A DNA stretch of 63,936 nucleotides, filler included, from Octopus bimaculoides (lineage: Eukaryota), in assembly GCF_001194135.2 (NCBI RefSeq). It is 9 parts of 8 records of this genome, joined end to end, with 100 filler letters (N's around TTAATTAATTAA, not from the genome) between each part and the next. Parts side by side here need not be neighbours in the genome. Positions count along the whole stretch, not along the records: positions 50,789 to 52,469 come from NC_069005.1; positions 52,570 to 62,619 come from NC_068986.1; positions 62,720 to 63,936 come from NW_026438127.1; 6 more parts are not named here. One strand, 5' to 3'. The notes under the pieces are model-generated. The model saw only the letters and a program-made list of their open reading frames with translations. It had not been told where the DNA came from and did not search any database. Below are positions 50,905-63,936 of this stretch, in pieces (the first letter of the stretch is position 1; each line of letters starts with the position of its first letter). The translations under genes were made by a program, and so were the position numbers.

Positions 50905-51275
50905 ATATGGAGCTGCAAGGGCAGCGAACTCGCGGTCGTAGGATCGCGGTTTCGATTCCCAGACCGGGCGTTGCGAATGTTTATTGAGCGAAAACACCTA
51001 AAATTCCACGAGGCTTTAGCAGGGTGCGGTGGCGAACCCTGCTGTACTCTTTCACCACAACTTTCTCTCAATCTATCTTCCTGTTTCTGTTGTACCTGTA
51101 TTTCAAAAGGCCGGCCTTGTCACACTCTGTGTCACGCTGAATCTCCCCCGAGAACTACGTTAAGGGTACACGTGTCTGTGGAGTGCTCAACCACTTGCAC
51201 GTTAACTTCAAGACCAGGCTGTTCCGTTGATCGGATCAACTGGAACCCTTGACGTCGTAAGCGACAAATTCAAGA
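50905..51275 (+). mobile_element. SINE family C, near full length
   Basis: B-box-like GGTTTCGATTCCC at about 50947. The 3' region matches 33100-33250 and 57000-57050 in reverse. Confidence 0.7.
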
Positions 51276-51310
51276 CTGTGAGGAGTTTTCAGGACATTTA
51301 CAATGAAACA

Positions 51311-51358
51311 GTCTTACAGCTGTTTCTGGTATATTATGGATATCCCTTCATCAGAGAC
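51311..51358 (-). ncRNA. Type I hammerhead-like motif, family H3 (best-preserved copy)
   Basis: Minus strand: GUCU-CUGAUGA-A-GGGAUAU ccaua AUAUACC-A-GAA-ACAGCUGU-A-AGAC. Stem I GUCU/AGAC is perfect, stem II has 6 of 7 pairs, stem III is the palindrome ACAGCUGU, and the cleavage triplet is GUA. Confidence 0.7.
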
Positions 51359-52414
51359 GGTGTGAAAAAATATTTGAGTTCGAATTATTGTGGAAAAGAT
51401 AGGGAATACAGAGAGAAGTAAGAGAATGAAAGTAGAAATAAGATATATAAAGATATTGTAGTTGCAGTTCATTATTTGAAGAAAATGGTGCATAGAAGTG
51501 GTAAGAAAGTCTCCTGTACATGGTGTGTAAGTTCCAATAGCAGTTAATATTTAGTCATTTCAAATCATGGAGCCGTTGAATCATTGTTGCTCGTTTGAAA
51601 GTGTTTTGTGGTGTGAATGAAAATTTGAGAATGTATTGGTAGTATTTATGGATAGATGGAGGTAGGAGAGATGTGTATGATTAGAAAGAGGAGATAGGTC
51701 AAATCTAAAACAGGAAGAGAAAATGAAAGGAAGAAAGAAAGAAGAAACAAGAAAAAGAAGAGAGACAAGAACAAAGAGTGAAAGAAAAATGAAGAAATGA
51801 AGAATGGGAGAGAAGGAGTGTTAGTTAGGGGTCAAGATAAAGGGATGGCAGTATGAGAGAGGTGTGGGGGAAGGGAGAGGAAGAGACGAGAAGGTAAGGA
51901 GTAAAAGAATGTGAGATATGTGAGTAGGGGTGATATGAGTGAACTGCATTAAGGGATGGGTAGAGAAAAGGCAAGGATGGGGTGATATCGAAGTGAGTAG
52001 TAGTTTTGGTAGTAAAATTTGAGGTGGAGGAAGAATACCAGGATGTCAAATTACTATAAATAGACGTGTGTGGTAGGTTAGTGATAGGTAGGAATAGGAA
52101 GAAAGAATGTATATTTGTGAATATGTATACATATGCACGCGCGCACACACACACACACACACATAGACATATACATACGCCTATACAAACACATGCATAT
52201 ATACACATGCATCCTCACGCGCATCCATAGATGTATTCGTAGACGCATATGCGGGCGTATACACGAATATATACATGCACACGCATATATACATGCACAC
52301 GTATCACTATCGAACCAAGAGTTTAACCACGATCTATCCATAGCACTTACTTGGCGTTACCCGACACTCTTTGAGTCTTCTAGACACCTCTCATACCTTC
52401 GATATGTATATATA

Positions 52415-52469
<55 letters not shown>

Positions 52470-53149
52470 NNNNNNNNNNNNNNNNNNNNNNNNNNNNNNN
52501 NNNNNNNNNNNNNTTAATTAATTAANNNNNNNNNNNNNNNNNNNNNNNNNNNNNNNNNNNNNNNNNNNNATATGTGTGTGTGTGTGTGTGTGTGTGTGAG
52601 CGCGCGTGTGTGTTTATATATATATATATATAAATATATATATTTATATATATATATATATGTGCGTGTGCGTATATATATATGTGCGTGTATGTATATA
52701 TATGTGTGTGTGTATATATATATATATAGATGTGCTTGTGTGTATATATGTATGTGTGTGTTTATATATGTGTATGTGTATATATGCGAGTGCGTAAATG
52801 TGTGCGAGTGTGTAAATATATATATATGTATGGGAGTGTGTGTATATATGTATGTGTGTATATATACACATGCGTGTATTTTGTATGTGTATATATATAT
52901 ATGTGTGTGCGTGTGTGTGTATAAGTAAGTTTGTGCGCATGTGTATATGTATATATGTGCACGAGCGTGTGTATACATATGTGTGTCTGTGTATGCGTGT
53001 GCGTGTGTGCGTATGTTTGTGTGGAGGAGGTAGGGCGGGGGTGAAAGTGACATTGAATAAAGAGCAAGTGAGTGGTTTGGAGTAAACATACGAACAAACA
53101 ATGACAGTGGCATCCCTACCACTCCTCTCCCGCAACCACCATCGCCACC

Positions 53150-53684
<535 letters not shown>

Positions 53685-55844
53685 NNNNNNNNNNNNNNNN
53701 NNNNNNNNNNNNNNNNNNNNNNNNNNNNNNNNNNNNNNNNNNNNNNNNNNNNNNNNNNNNNNNNNNNNNNNNNNNNNNNNNNNNNNNNNNNNNNNNNNNN
53801 NNNNNNNNNNNNNNNNNNNNNNNNNNNNNNNNNNNNNNNNNNNNNNNNNNNNNNNNNNNNNNNNNNNNNNNNNNNNNNNNNNNNNNNNNNNNNNNNNNNN
53901 NNNNNNNNNNNNNNNNNNNNNNNNNNNNNNNNNNNNNNNNNNNNNNNNNNNNNNNNNNNNNNNNNNNNNNNNNNNNNNNNNNNNNNNNNNNNNNNNNNNN
54001 NNNNNNNNNNNNNNNNNNNNNNNNNNNNNNNNNNNNNNNNNNNNNNNNNNNNNNNNNNNNNNNNNNNNNNNNNNNNNNNNNNNNNNNNNNNNNNNNNNNN
54101 NNNNNNNNNNNNNNNNNNNNNNNNNNNNNNNNNNNNNNNNNNNNNNNNNNNNNNNNNNNNNNNNNNNNNNNNNNNNNNNNNNNNNNNNNNNNNNNNNNNN
54201 NNNNNNNNNNNNNNNNNNNNNNNNNNNNNNNNNNNNNNNNNNNNNNNNNNNNNNNNNNNNNNNNNNNNNNNNNNNNNNNNNNNNNNNNNNNNNNNNNNNN
54301 NNNNNNNNNNNNNNNNNNNNNNNNNNNNNNNNNNNNNNNNNNNNNNNNNNNNNNNNNNNNNNNNNNNNNNNNNNNNNNNNNNNNNNNNNNNNNNNNNNNN
54401 NNNNNNNNNNNNNNNNNNNNNNNNNGTTGTGTGTGCGTGTGTGTTTGTGCGCGCGCATGTGTTTGTTTCTGTGAGTGTGTTTTTGTGTTTGTGTTTGTGT
54501 GTGTGTGTGTGTGTGTGTGCGTGCTTGTGTGTTAGTGTGTATATGTGTTTTATTGTGTATCTGTACGTGCGTGTGCATGTGTATGTGTGTGAGTGTGTTG
54601 GTGTGTGTTTGTGTATGTGTGTATGTGTGTGCGTGTGTTTTTCTGCGCGCGCGTACATTTGTGTGTGTGTGTGAGTGTGAGAGGGTGTGTTTGTGCGTGT
54701 ATGAAATCGAACTTGTTGCTATGGGAAACACAGGGAAGCTTTAAGGATATGTGAATTTATAAGCCCTGAGGCAACTGATGAACCTGACACTAAACCGAAA
54801 TGTAAAATTAACCAAAACCCAACACCGCCTCAAGGCCCATACGCTCCGCCGACACGTCTACCGTCGACATCATTAATACCACCAGTAGCAGCAGCACCAG
54901 CACCGACATCACCACCACCACCACCACCACCACCACCACCACAGATCCACCAGCATCAGCATCACTACCGACATCACCACCATGAACAAGCCACCCCCAA
55001 CAACATCCAAAATTTAATGCTGCCAAATGGCACAGAAGACTAAACACCATTTTGCACAAAAACGTTGCCATAGGCGTAGGAGTGGCTGTGTGGTAAGTGG
55101 CTTGCTCACCAACCACATGGATCCGGGTTCAGTCCCACTGCATGGCAACTTGGGCAATAGTTTTCTACTATAGCCTCAAGCCGACCAAAGCTTTGTGAGT
55201 GGATTTGGTAGACAGAAACTGAAAGAAGCCTGTCGTATANNNNNNNNNNNNNNNNNNNNNNNNNNNNNNNNNNNNNNNNNNNNNNNNNNNNNNNNNNNNN
55301 NNNNNNNNNNNNNNNNNNNNNNNNNNNNNNNNNNNNNNNNNNNNNNNNNNNNNNNNNNNNNNNNNNNNNNNNNNNNNNNNNNNNNNNNNNNNNNNNNNNN
55401 NNNNNNNNNNNNNNNNNNNNNNNNNNNNNNNNNNNNNNNNNNNNNNNNNNNNNNNNNNNNNNNNNNNNNNNNNNNNNNNNNNNNNNNNNNNNNNNNNNNN
55501 AGATGTGTGTGTGTGTCTATACATATACATGCGTTTGTGTGTATATATGTATATGTATATGATTGTATAAGTAGTATATGTATGTATATGTATATATATA
55601 TATATGTTTGTATATGTTTTGTAAACAACAAATGGATCTATTAGTATAACGCTCGGGAACAGAGAAAGTCTTTGACGTTTCGAGCCTACGCTCTTCAAAA
55701 GAAAGGAACACAGAAAGAAACAAGGAGAGCAACATGGAGAAAAAATACATAAATGTAGTCGTCAGCGATCTATCATGGTGAATGCCGGACAGAAGGATCA
55801 CACAGGAGAGCTAAGAAAAAGGGGAGTGCGTAGATGATACTCCA

Positions 55845-55991
55845 GTGCGTATCTGGTACTTAATTTATCGACTCCGAAAGGATGAAAGGCAAAGTCGACC
55901 TCGGCGGAATTTGAGCTCAGAACGTAGCGGCAGACGAAATACCGCTAAGCATTTTGCCCGGAGCGCTAGCGTTTCTTCCAGCTCGCCGCCT
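55845..55991 (-). mobile_element. SINE family A copy (3'-truncated)
   Basis: gaaaggatgaaaggcaaagtcgacctcggcggaatttgagctcagaacgtagcgg...ccagctcgccgcc. Confidence 0.9.
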
Positions 55992-56400
55992 TCAGTGAAA
56001 CCAAAATACCAAGGCAGTGTACTAATCACACTGTTTCATGGTGCCTAATATGTCAAACAACAATTCATATGTAAGCATCACTATTTCATGAAACGAGAAT
56101 ATTCTGATATGCATCATTAACGCACTTGCGTTTCTTTTTCACACTGATACACATTGAATCAAATCTATGCATTGACAATCTATATGTATATATATATTTT
56201 TACATGGAAGAATCAAAAAGTATATGCTAAAAAAGGGGCCTCAACTTAGCTGTGCTCCCTTTCTCTCTCTTTTTCAGCATGTATATATGAATACTTTCAT
56301 CTATCTATCTATTTATTTATCTATCTATCTATACATACATACATACACACACTCATACACACAAACACATATACAAGCATATACACACACACACACACAT

Positions 56401-56473
<73 letters not shown>

Positions 56474-57074
56474 NNNNNNNNNNNNNNNNNNNNNNNNNNN
56501 NNNNNNNNNNNNNNNNNNNNNNNNNNNNNNNNNNNNNNNNNNNNNNNNNNNNNNNNNNNNNNNNNNNNNNNNNNNNNNNNNNNNNNNNNNNNNNNNNNNN
56601 NNNNNNNNNNNNNNNNNNNNNNNNNNNNNNNNNNNNNNNNNNNNNNNNNNNNNNNNNNNNNNNNNNNNNNNNNNNNNNNNNNNNNNNNNNNNNNNNNNNN
56701 NNNNNNNNNNNNNNNNNNNNNNNNNNNNNNNNNNNNNNNNNNNNNNNNNNNNNNNNNNNNNNNNNNNNNNNNNNNNNNNNNNNNNNNNNNNNNNNNNNNN
56801 NNNNNNNNNNNNNNNNNNNNNNNNNNNNNNNNNNNNNNNNNNNNNNNNNNNNNNNNNNNNNNNNNNNNNNNNNNNNNNNNNNNNNNNNNNNNNNNNNNNN
56901 NNNNNNNNNNNNNNNNNNNNNNNNNNNNNNNNNNNNNNNNNNNNNNNNNNNNNNNNNNNNNNNNNNNNNNNNNNNNNNNNNNNNNNNNNNNNNNNNNNCA
57001 TCGTGGCACCCCGTCGGTTTGATGATATGGGTTCCAGTTGATCCGAACCATGCGGTTGGGAAGCAAGCTTCTTA

Positions 57075-57304
57075 TTCCTTTATTGCCCACAAAGAGCTAA
57101 ACACAGAGGGGACAAACAAGGACAGACAAAGGGATTAAGTCGATTATATCGACCCCAGTGCGTAACTGGTACTTCATTTATCGACCCCGAAAGGATGAAA
57201 GGCAAAGTCGACCTCGGCGGAATTTGAACTCAGAACGTAGCAGCAGACGAAATACCACTAAGCATTTCGTCCGGCGTGCTAACGTTTCTGCCAGCTCACC
57301 GCCT
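57075..57304 (-). mobile_element. SINE family A (alternative-tail subfamily), near full length
   Basis: Reverse complement closely matches 35103-35322. Confidence 0.9.
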
Positions 57305-58129
57305 TATGGTAAGAAGCAAGATTCTTACCATACAGCCACTCCAGGGAGCACATTTCATATGGTAGAGGTATGCAGAATATATATGTATATATTCAAGGGA
57401 GAAATGCAGATTTTAATATAAAGCTTTAACAGTGATTAAAATTATCTCAGATTAACAAATCGTTGGTAAATAAAATATTGATTTCAAATTTTGTCACAAG
57501 GTCAGCAATTTAAGGAGGAAAGGAAGTTGATTATATCTAGACCAATTTGTGAAGGAAAATGTAAAAACGGGTTAGAATCTCTTCATATCTTTATGTTATC
57601 TCTCACTTGTATCATTCATTGGACTGCGGTCATGGTAGGCCACTGCTTCGAAGGGTTCAATGGGGCAAATTGAGACGCGTACCTCTTATTATTTTAAAGC
57701 CCGATAATTGTCCTATTGACCTGTTTTGCGGAACCAATTTGTTATAGGGATTTAGCCGAAACAAATACCGTTTCCAAATGGTGGGAAAATAAAGATACCA
57801 AGGCACTACCCTAAATACATATACGACGGGTTTCCACGCGATTTCCGTCTACCAAATTAACTCACAGGGTATTGGTAGGCCCTTGGCTATAGAAAAAGCT
57901 ACTTTCATTATGTGCCGCACAATAGAACTGAACCCTAAACCACAAGCTTAAATCACTGCCGCTAGCCATATCTATAACCAGCCATACAGGGAACGATATA
58001 TAAGAAAACAGCGAATTGCTAAATATAAACTAATTTCACAATTGAAAACTTTATAAAATGTTAAAAACGGAGCATAAAAAGGGTTATATTGACAAGAGGT
58101 CCAGTATGAAAGCCGGTAATATCCGAAAA

Positions 58130-58400
58130 TCAGTGATCTGAAACGAGGAATATAAAAACTGATTTTAGCTGCACAAGATCAATGTATAGCTCCGATAACC
58201 GACCAAAATTGAAATATGAAAGCAATAGGAACATGTCAGCTACAAAGAATATAAGCAGAGAAAATAAAACTGAATATATCAACAGAAATGACATGGTAGG
58301 AAGGAATATCCATAGTCCAAAACACAAATATTTTGATATGAAAATGCAAAGAAATTGATTTTGCATACACACAAAATCGCTATTTTGTGACATGATATGA
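58130..58400 (+). pseudogene. Decayed R4/Dong-like C-terminal region
   Basis: LILAAQDQ (~58159-58183) and EYINRNDMVGRNIH (~58272-58313) match the R4 motifs I.A.QDQ and EY..RH..V...IH. Confidence 0.55.
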
Positions 58401-59895
58401 TCACAATGCTAAATTGAAACAGAAAAATCCAGGGTAACCAATGGTGGTTTGTGTCAAAAGATTGCAAATACCAAGCTCGTTAAATGGAATAAATTATTTT
58501 GGATTTGAAAAAAGAGGAAATATAACACTTTGCGCAGGAATATTTGTAGTGAACATTTTATATTGCTCTGCATAGAATCTAGTCTCAAACGTTAGCTTTA
58601 TCTTCTTGTATGCACCACAGTAATTTATTCCAGTTTCTGAAAATTTTTATCAGTTTAGAATTCAATTTGGTTATTTTTTTCTATTGATCTTAAAAGAATG
58701 AAAGTTAAATCCTACTCCGATGTGATTTGAGCTAAGAACGTAAAAATATTTCTCTAAATGCAAGAAGATATTTTGTCATCAGCTCTTTGATTTTTTCCAG
58801 ATTTATAAAACAGCAAGGACACATACATTGTTGGTAAGTTCCTTCCAATCTATTTATTTATCTCCTTATTTAACTATTTAATGCAGCAATTCGATGTTAA
58901 AGAAATAAAAAACAAGCATTAATTTATCAGGGAGCTCAATCCTAACATCACCCAAAAAATCTCCGTTTTTGTTTCAAAAGAGAAACAAAATGGTAGACTT
59001 TTGTGTCCCTTTTATTCCATGATTAGCTTTTTGTTAATCAAATCTCATTCTGTTTGACGTCTCTTTATAAATCCCGTTGTGGTACTTTCCGTTTTCTCAT
59101 TCACCTTTCTTTTTTTCCCTTTTTTATTACCTTTCCACGGATAATTATATTTTATTTGAATTAATCTACCATACCCGGCACCTTTGGGAAGATTTTGTTT
59201 TCTTTCTTAATAACTAATCAATCTGAAACTCCCTCCTATTTCCTTACGTCACTATCATCACAAGCATTGAAATTCACGAAATCCGAAATCTTGTAATCCT
59301 ATTCTTTATTTTATATGTTGCTATACTTCATGCTATCACCACTATTCATACACTTTCCACCACCCCCTACTTAATTCTGCAACAGCTGCAGCTACTAGAT
59401 TTATTGTTGTTGTTGATAATGATGTTGATGATGGCAATGAGGCTGTTATTGTTGTTGTGGTGATGGTTTATATTTGTCTTGTTTGGTTTGTTAATAGTTT
59501 TAACTCCCTCGTCATTAAAATGAAAGTGTAATTTCTTACTTGAGCAGCTCGTGTGTTTCTGTTGATTGTCTTGTTGTTGACATTGCGTTAAATGCCTTAT
59601 ACTAATCTAGTTCGCTTGATTGACATATCAGAAGTTAAGTGTGTTTCATTGTTCGTGCAAGAACGCGATGCCTCGATAAAGATCGTGCAATATGTATTTT
59701 TGCAACAAAAAAACAAAACAAAAACAAATAAGAATAAAAGAAAATAATTAAAAGAAAAGGTAAAAGAAAAAGAAAGAAATAGAAAGAAAAGAAAACCCTG
59801 AGAGACACAGCATTGGTGATTATGGTAAGGCCGTTCTCTGCTTCAAGCATTCCTTAGCAACTCTGTATAATTGCCGGGTCTTTTTAGTAGCTTTG

Positions 59896-59896
59896 T

Positions 59897-59961
<65 letters not shown>

Positions 59962-60092
59962 ACAATAATTATAATTATAATAATAACAATAATAATAATG
60001 ATAATAATGATAATAATGATGATGATAATAATAATGATAATGATAATAATAATAATAGTAATAATAATGATAATAATAATAATAATAATAAT

Positions 60093-60170
<78 letters not shown>

Positions 60171-60182
60171 AAGAAGAAGAAG

Positions 60183-60216
<34 letters not shown>

Positions 60217-60260
60217 CCAACAGCAACAACAATAATAATGATAATAATAGAAACAAGAAG
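59896..60260. repeat. Compound microsatellite (ACT)n-(AAT)n-(AAG)n-(AAC)n
   Basis: Directly visible. Confidence 0.95.
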
Positions 60261-61407
60261 GCGAGGAGGAGAAGAAGGGGAAAAAGTAGGATGTTTTTCT
60301 TTTATTATTATGTACTTGGCTCAGTCATTAGTCTGCGGCTATGCTGGAGCACCGCTTTGAAGAATTTTGCAGTCGAATGAATTCATCCGTATTTTATATA
60401 TTTTTTTTATTTTGAAAGCCGAACTGCTGCATTTCGAGTACGTAAAAACACCAGAAAGCATACACTGGATGGCAAAGGTAGACACACATAAACACGCGCG
60501 CGCGCGCAGATATCTATGGTTTTAGTTATAGCCACAAGGCCAGCAAACATTTGAGAGCGAAGAGTCATTATTATGGATACCAGGACATTCATTTAGGGAA
60601 TCGGAAAGGATGAATGCAAAAAGAAAAAAAAAAAAGAAAATGAACTCGAAGGATTCACGCTCAGAACGTAAAGAGCCGGAATGAATGTTGCTACGCATTT
60701 TGTCCAACGGTCTAAATAATAAAAATGAAGGTGATGATGATGATGATGATGGTGATGATGACGATGATGACTGCATCACTTATTGGAGACGTGCGTGAGT
60801 ATAATGGGACGATACACACGCATTTATAAACTGTTCAGAAGACGCAAAAGTGATAACAGGAAAGATATATAACGAAAAAAAATAGCGATAAATATTTGTT
60901 ACGAAAAAACATAAAAGATGCAGTCAGTTTATATTATATCTATTACCATAGGAACAAAACGAAAAAATAAAAAGTTAAAAGCAAACAACAAAAAAATATA
61001 TAAATAAAAATAAATAAATATGAGAAAGAAAGGAAAGAGAACGAAAAAAAATGTCTGTTGAAAGAGAGTCGGGTTTGAAAGTGCCGTATTGTCATTCTGT
61101 GATTGCGAAACGATCTCCTATAACACATAATAATTTTTAAGCTTTTGTCGCATTCTCTCAACAACAGACATTCGTCCAATGAATTTCAATGAATTGCCAA
61201 ACAGAATTAGCTTCACAATCACTTGAAGCTGGGCCTGGTTTTAAATTAGATAAAATCCGATTACAAATTGATGTCAGGAAAAAACATATTCTATTTTGAT
61301 AAACTAAACGTTAGAACGTATTAAGTTTCATTTAGTTTGTATACTTATGTGATATATATATACATACATACATACATACATACATACATACATACATACA
61401 TGCATAC

Positions 61408-61455
<48 letters not shown>

Positions 61456-61463
61456 GTATATTC

Positions 61464-61494
<31 letters not shown>

Positions 61495-62808
61495 GAGNNN
61501 NNNNNNNNNNNNNNNNNNNNNNNNNNNNNNNNNNNNNNNNNNNNNNNNNNNNNNNNNNNNNNNNNNNNNNNNNNNNNNNNNNNNNNNNNNNNNNNNNNNN
61601 NNNNNNNNNNNNNNNNNNNNNNNNNNNNNNNNNNNNNNNNNNNNNNNNNNNNNNNNNNNNNNNNNNNNNNNNNNNNNNNNNNNNNNNNNNNNNNNNNNNN
61701 NNNNNNNNNNNNNNNNNNNNNNNNNNNNNNNNNNNNNNNNNNNNNNNNNNNNNNNNNNNNNNNNNNNNNNNNNNNNNNNNNNNNNNNNNNNNNNNNNNNN
61801 NNNNNNATATATATATATATATATACATACACACACACATTTATTTTTTTATTTATTGCCTGTATGATGTATGTGAACGATTGAAGTGGTTTGAATTTTC
61901 CGTCTGAATGACGGATGTTATTACAGCAAACAAAAATCGTGGATGTTATGGTTTCTGTCATTCAAGGTCAGAAGTTTGACATGAGTACATTGTGAGTGTA
62001 TATGAGTATGTATGACGTATGTAGGATGAATGTATATATGAGGTATGTATGTACGCATATATGTAATTATGTATGTATGTTTATATGATTGTATATATGT
62101 AACTATATATATCAATGAATGAATGGATAGGATAGACCGATGGCTAGACAGAGGGATGTGGGGACGAATAAATAGTATATATATCACTCTGCCTGTATGT
62201 TCGTCTGTCTGTCTGTCTGTCTGTGTGCTGTCCGTCTGTGTGTCTATCTCTTTGTTTGCCATCCCCCCCCCTCACTTTATATATACACACAAATATATAT
62301 ATACACACGCATATTTATATATGTATATATAAACATATAATGAGTATTTACAAAATAAAAAAAAAACAAAAGACGAAGACGAGTGTGTAAACAGCAAATA
62401 GATATATTAGTTTAACGCTCGCGAAGTGAAAAAGTCGTTTACGTTTGGTTCATACGCTCTTCGACGGAAACGAACACAGAAATAAACAGGGAGAGAAAAT
62501 AGAAAAATGTTTAGTGGCTAGCAATCACTCGCAAGGCTTTGGTCGGCCCGAGGCCATAGTAGAAGACACTTGCCCAACGTGCTAGGCTGTGGGATTGAAC
62601 CCGGAACCATGTGGTTGGGNNNNNNNNNNNNNNNNNNNNNNNNNNNNNNNNNNNNNNNNNNNNTTAATTAATTAANNNNNNNNNNNNNNNNNNNNNNNNN
62701 NNNNNNNNNNNNNNNNNNNTTATGGATATTGAGTTCTAACACCAGATAAGTGACAGATTTTTTTAAAATTAAGTAAGTTCTGGGTTCTATCTATTCGACT
62801 AAACCATC

Positions 62809-63080
62809 GTCCACATGATCCAAGGATCGTGTGGACGCTGGGGTATGCGATAGAATTTATTCTTAAAATCTAAGTGCAATAAAATTACTTTAATTCATTG
62901 CACAAAATACTTTTAACAGTTTTTATCAAATACCTAATAAATATAGAATTGTAATTATTTAATAATATTTAATTATAAAAATATGGGTTTTTGTTAAACA
63001 TCGAATCGTAATGGGGGTCGTTCCGAGTGAAACAAGAATCATGGCGGTCTATAGGAAAAAAAAATGATTGAGAACCACTG
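62809..63080. mobile_element. Probable hAT (Charlie-like) MITE remnant
   Basis: ttgagaaccactg at 63068-63080 is the reverse complement of the Charlie-type TIR CAGTGGTTCTCAA. There is an internal palindrome at 62809-62836. The left TIR was not found. Confidence 0.45.
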
Positions 63081-63414
63081 GTGTAGAATTTTCATGGCAG
63101 TACTCAAGCATGGCCGCAGTTAAATGACCGAAACAACAACAACAACAGCGGTATTTATGATGATGACCTTGATGCTCAGTGATCACAGCGATTTTTGTAG
63201 TGGATAGAAATAATGCAGCGTATTACTGGTACATATTTCAGTGAAACACTAAGATCAAAGGAAAGTATATAAAATGTCCATTAAATTTTTTTCAATAACA
63301 AAACGAGAGAGAGAGAGATAGGGAGAGAGAAGGAGAGATAATAGATAGATAGCGAGAGAGAGAGAGAGGGAGAGAGACTAGAGAGAGAGAGAGAGAGAGG
63401 AAGAGAGAGAGAGA

Positions 63415-63466
<52 letters not shown>

Positions 63467-63803
63467 GAGCGTCGCAGAGTGAATTCGTTTACTAAGTTGC
63501 TGGCCGTGACGGTTTCGAAAGTTCAAAGGAAATTTAATGAAGTAAAATTTCTTTGATGTCAAAGAAAAACAGCGTAAAACAAAATTCTTTTATTTGTTTT
63601 ATTTGTTTTATTCATTGGACTGCGGCCATGCTGGAGTATTATTGCTTTGAAGGGGTTTTTGGGGTCGATCGTATCGACTCCGCTACTTGTTTTTAATTGA
63701 GGGACTTATCTTGTCGATCTCTGTTTGTAAAACAGCTAAGTGACAGGGAATAAAAAAAATACAGAGCCACAGAGGGCCGCTTTACAATCGTTGACAACGC
63801 AGG

Positions 63804-63834
<31 letters not shown>

Positions 63835-63936
63835 CGACAAATACACTTACATATACCCATAAGTATGTGTGTGTATGTTTATATACGCATACATACACAC
63901 ACACATACATTCATGCACGCACACACACACACACAC

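Noticed and set aside
54773-54815. CTGATGA...CCGAAA spacing resembling another hammerhead (also 47228-47255)
   Set aside because: Neither stem I nor stem II can pair in these copies and there is no second copy in the window.

Overview
AT-rich, microsatellite-dense eukaryotic DNA with about 24 N-gaps (roughly a tenth of the window). The repeat families resemble those I know from octopus, so a coleoid cephalopod source is inferred but not verified. No host gene can be confidently called. Nearly all listed ORFs are microsatellite or N-gap artefacts or decayed transposon fragments. Supported content: (1) R4/Dong-clade non-LTR retrotransposon relics whose junctions fall at (TAA)n arrays; (2) two adjacent decayed DNA transposons, a Tc1-like DDE element and a DD41D rosa-type element; (3) Penelope-like (PLE) relics with GIY-YIG motifs, one in an inverted-repeat arrangement; (4) an RTE LINE 3' end; (5) many copies of at least three tRNA-promoter SINE families; (6) eight assembly linkers N44-TTAATTAATTAA-N44. 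The most interesting signal is three distinct dispersed repeat families (7 copies) ending in a type-I hammerhead-ribozyme-like fold. Their palindromic stem III implies dimeric cleavage, and all carry an extra A after the CUGANGA box. One family has a non-canonical CUGUYGA box. All structures were parsed by eye and need computational and biochemical confirmation.
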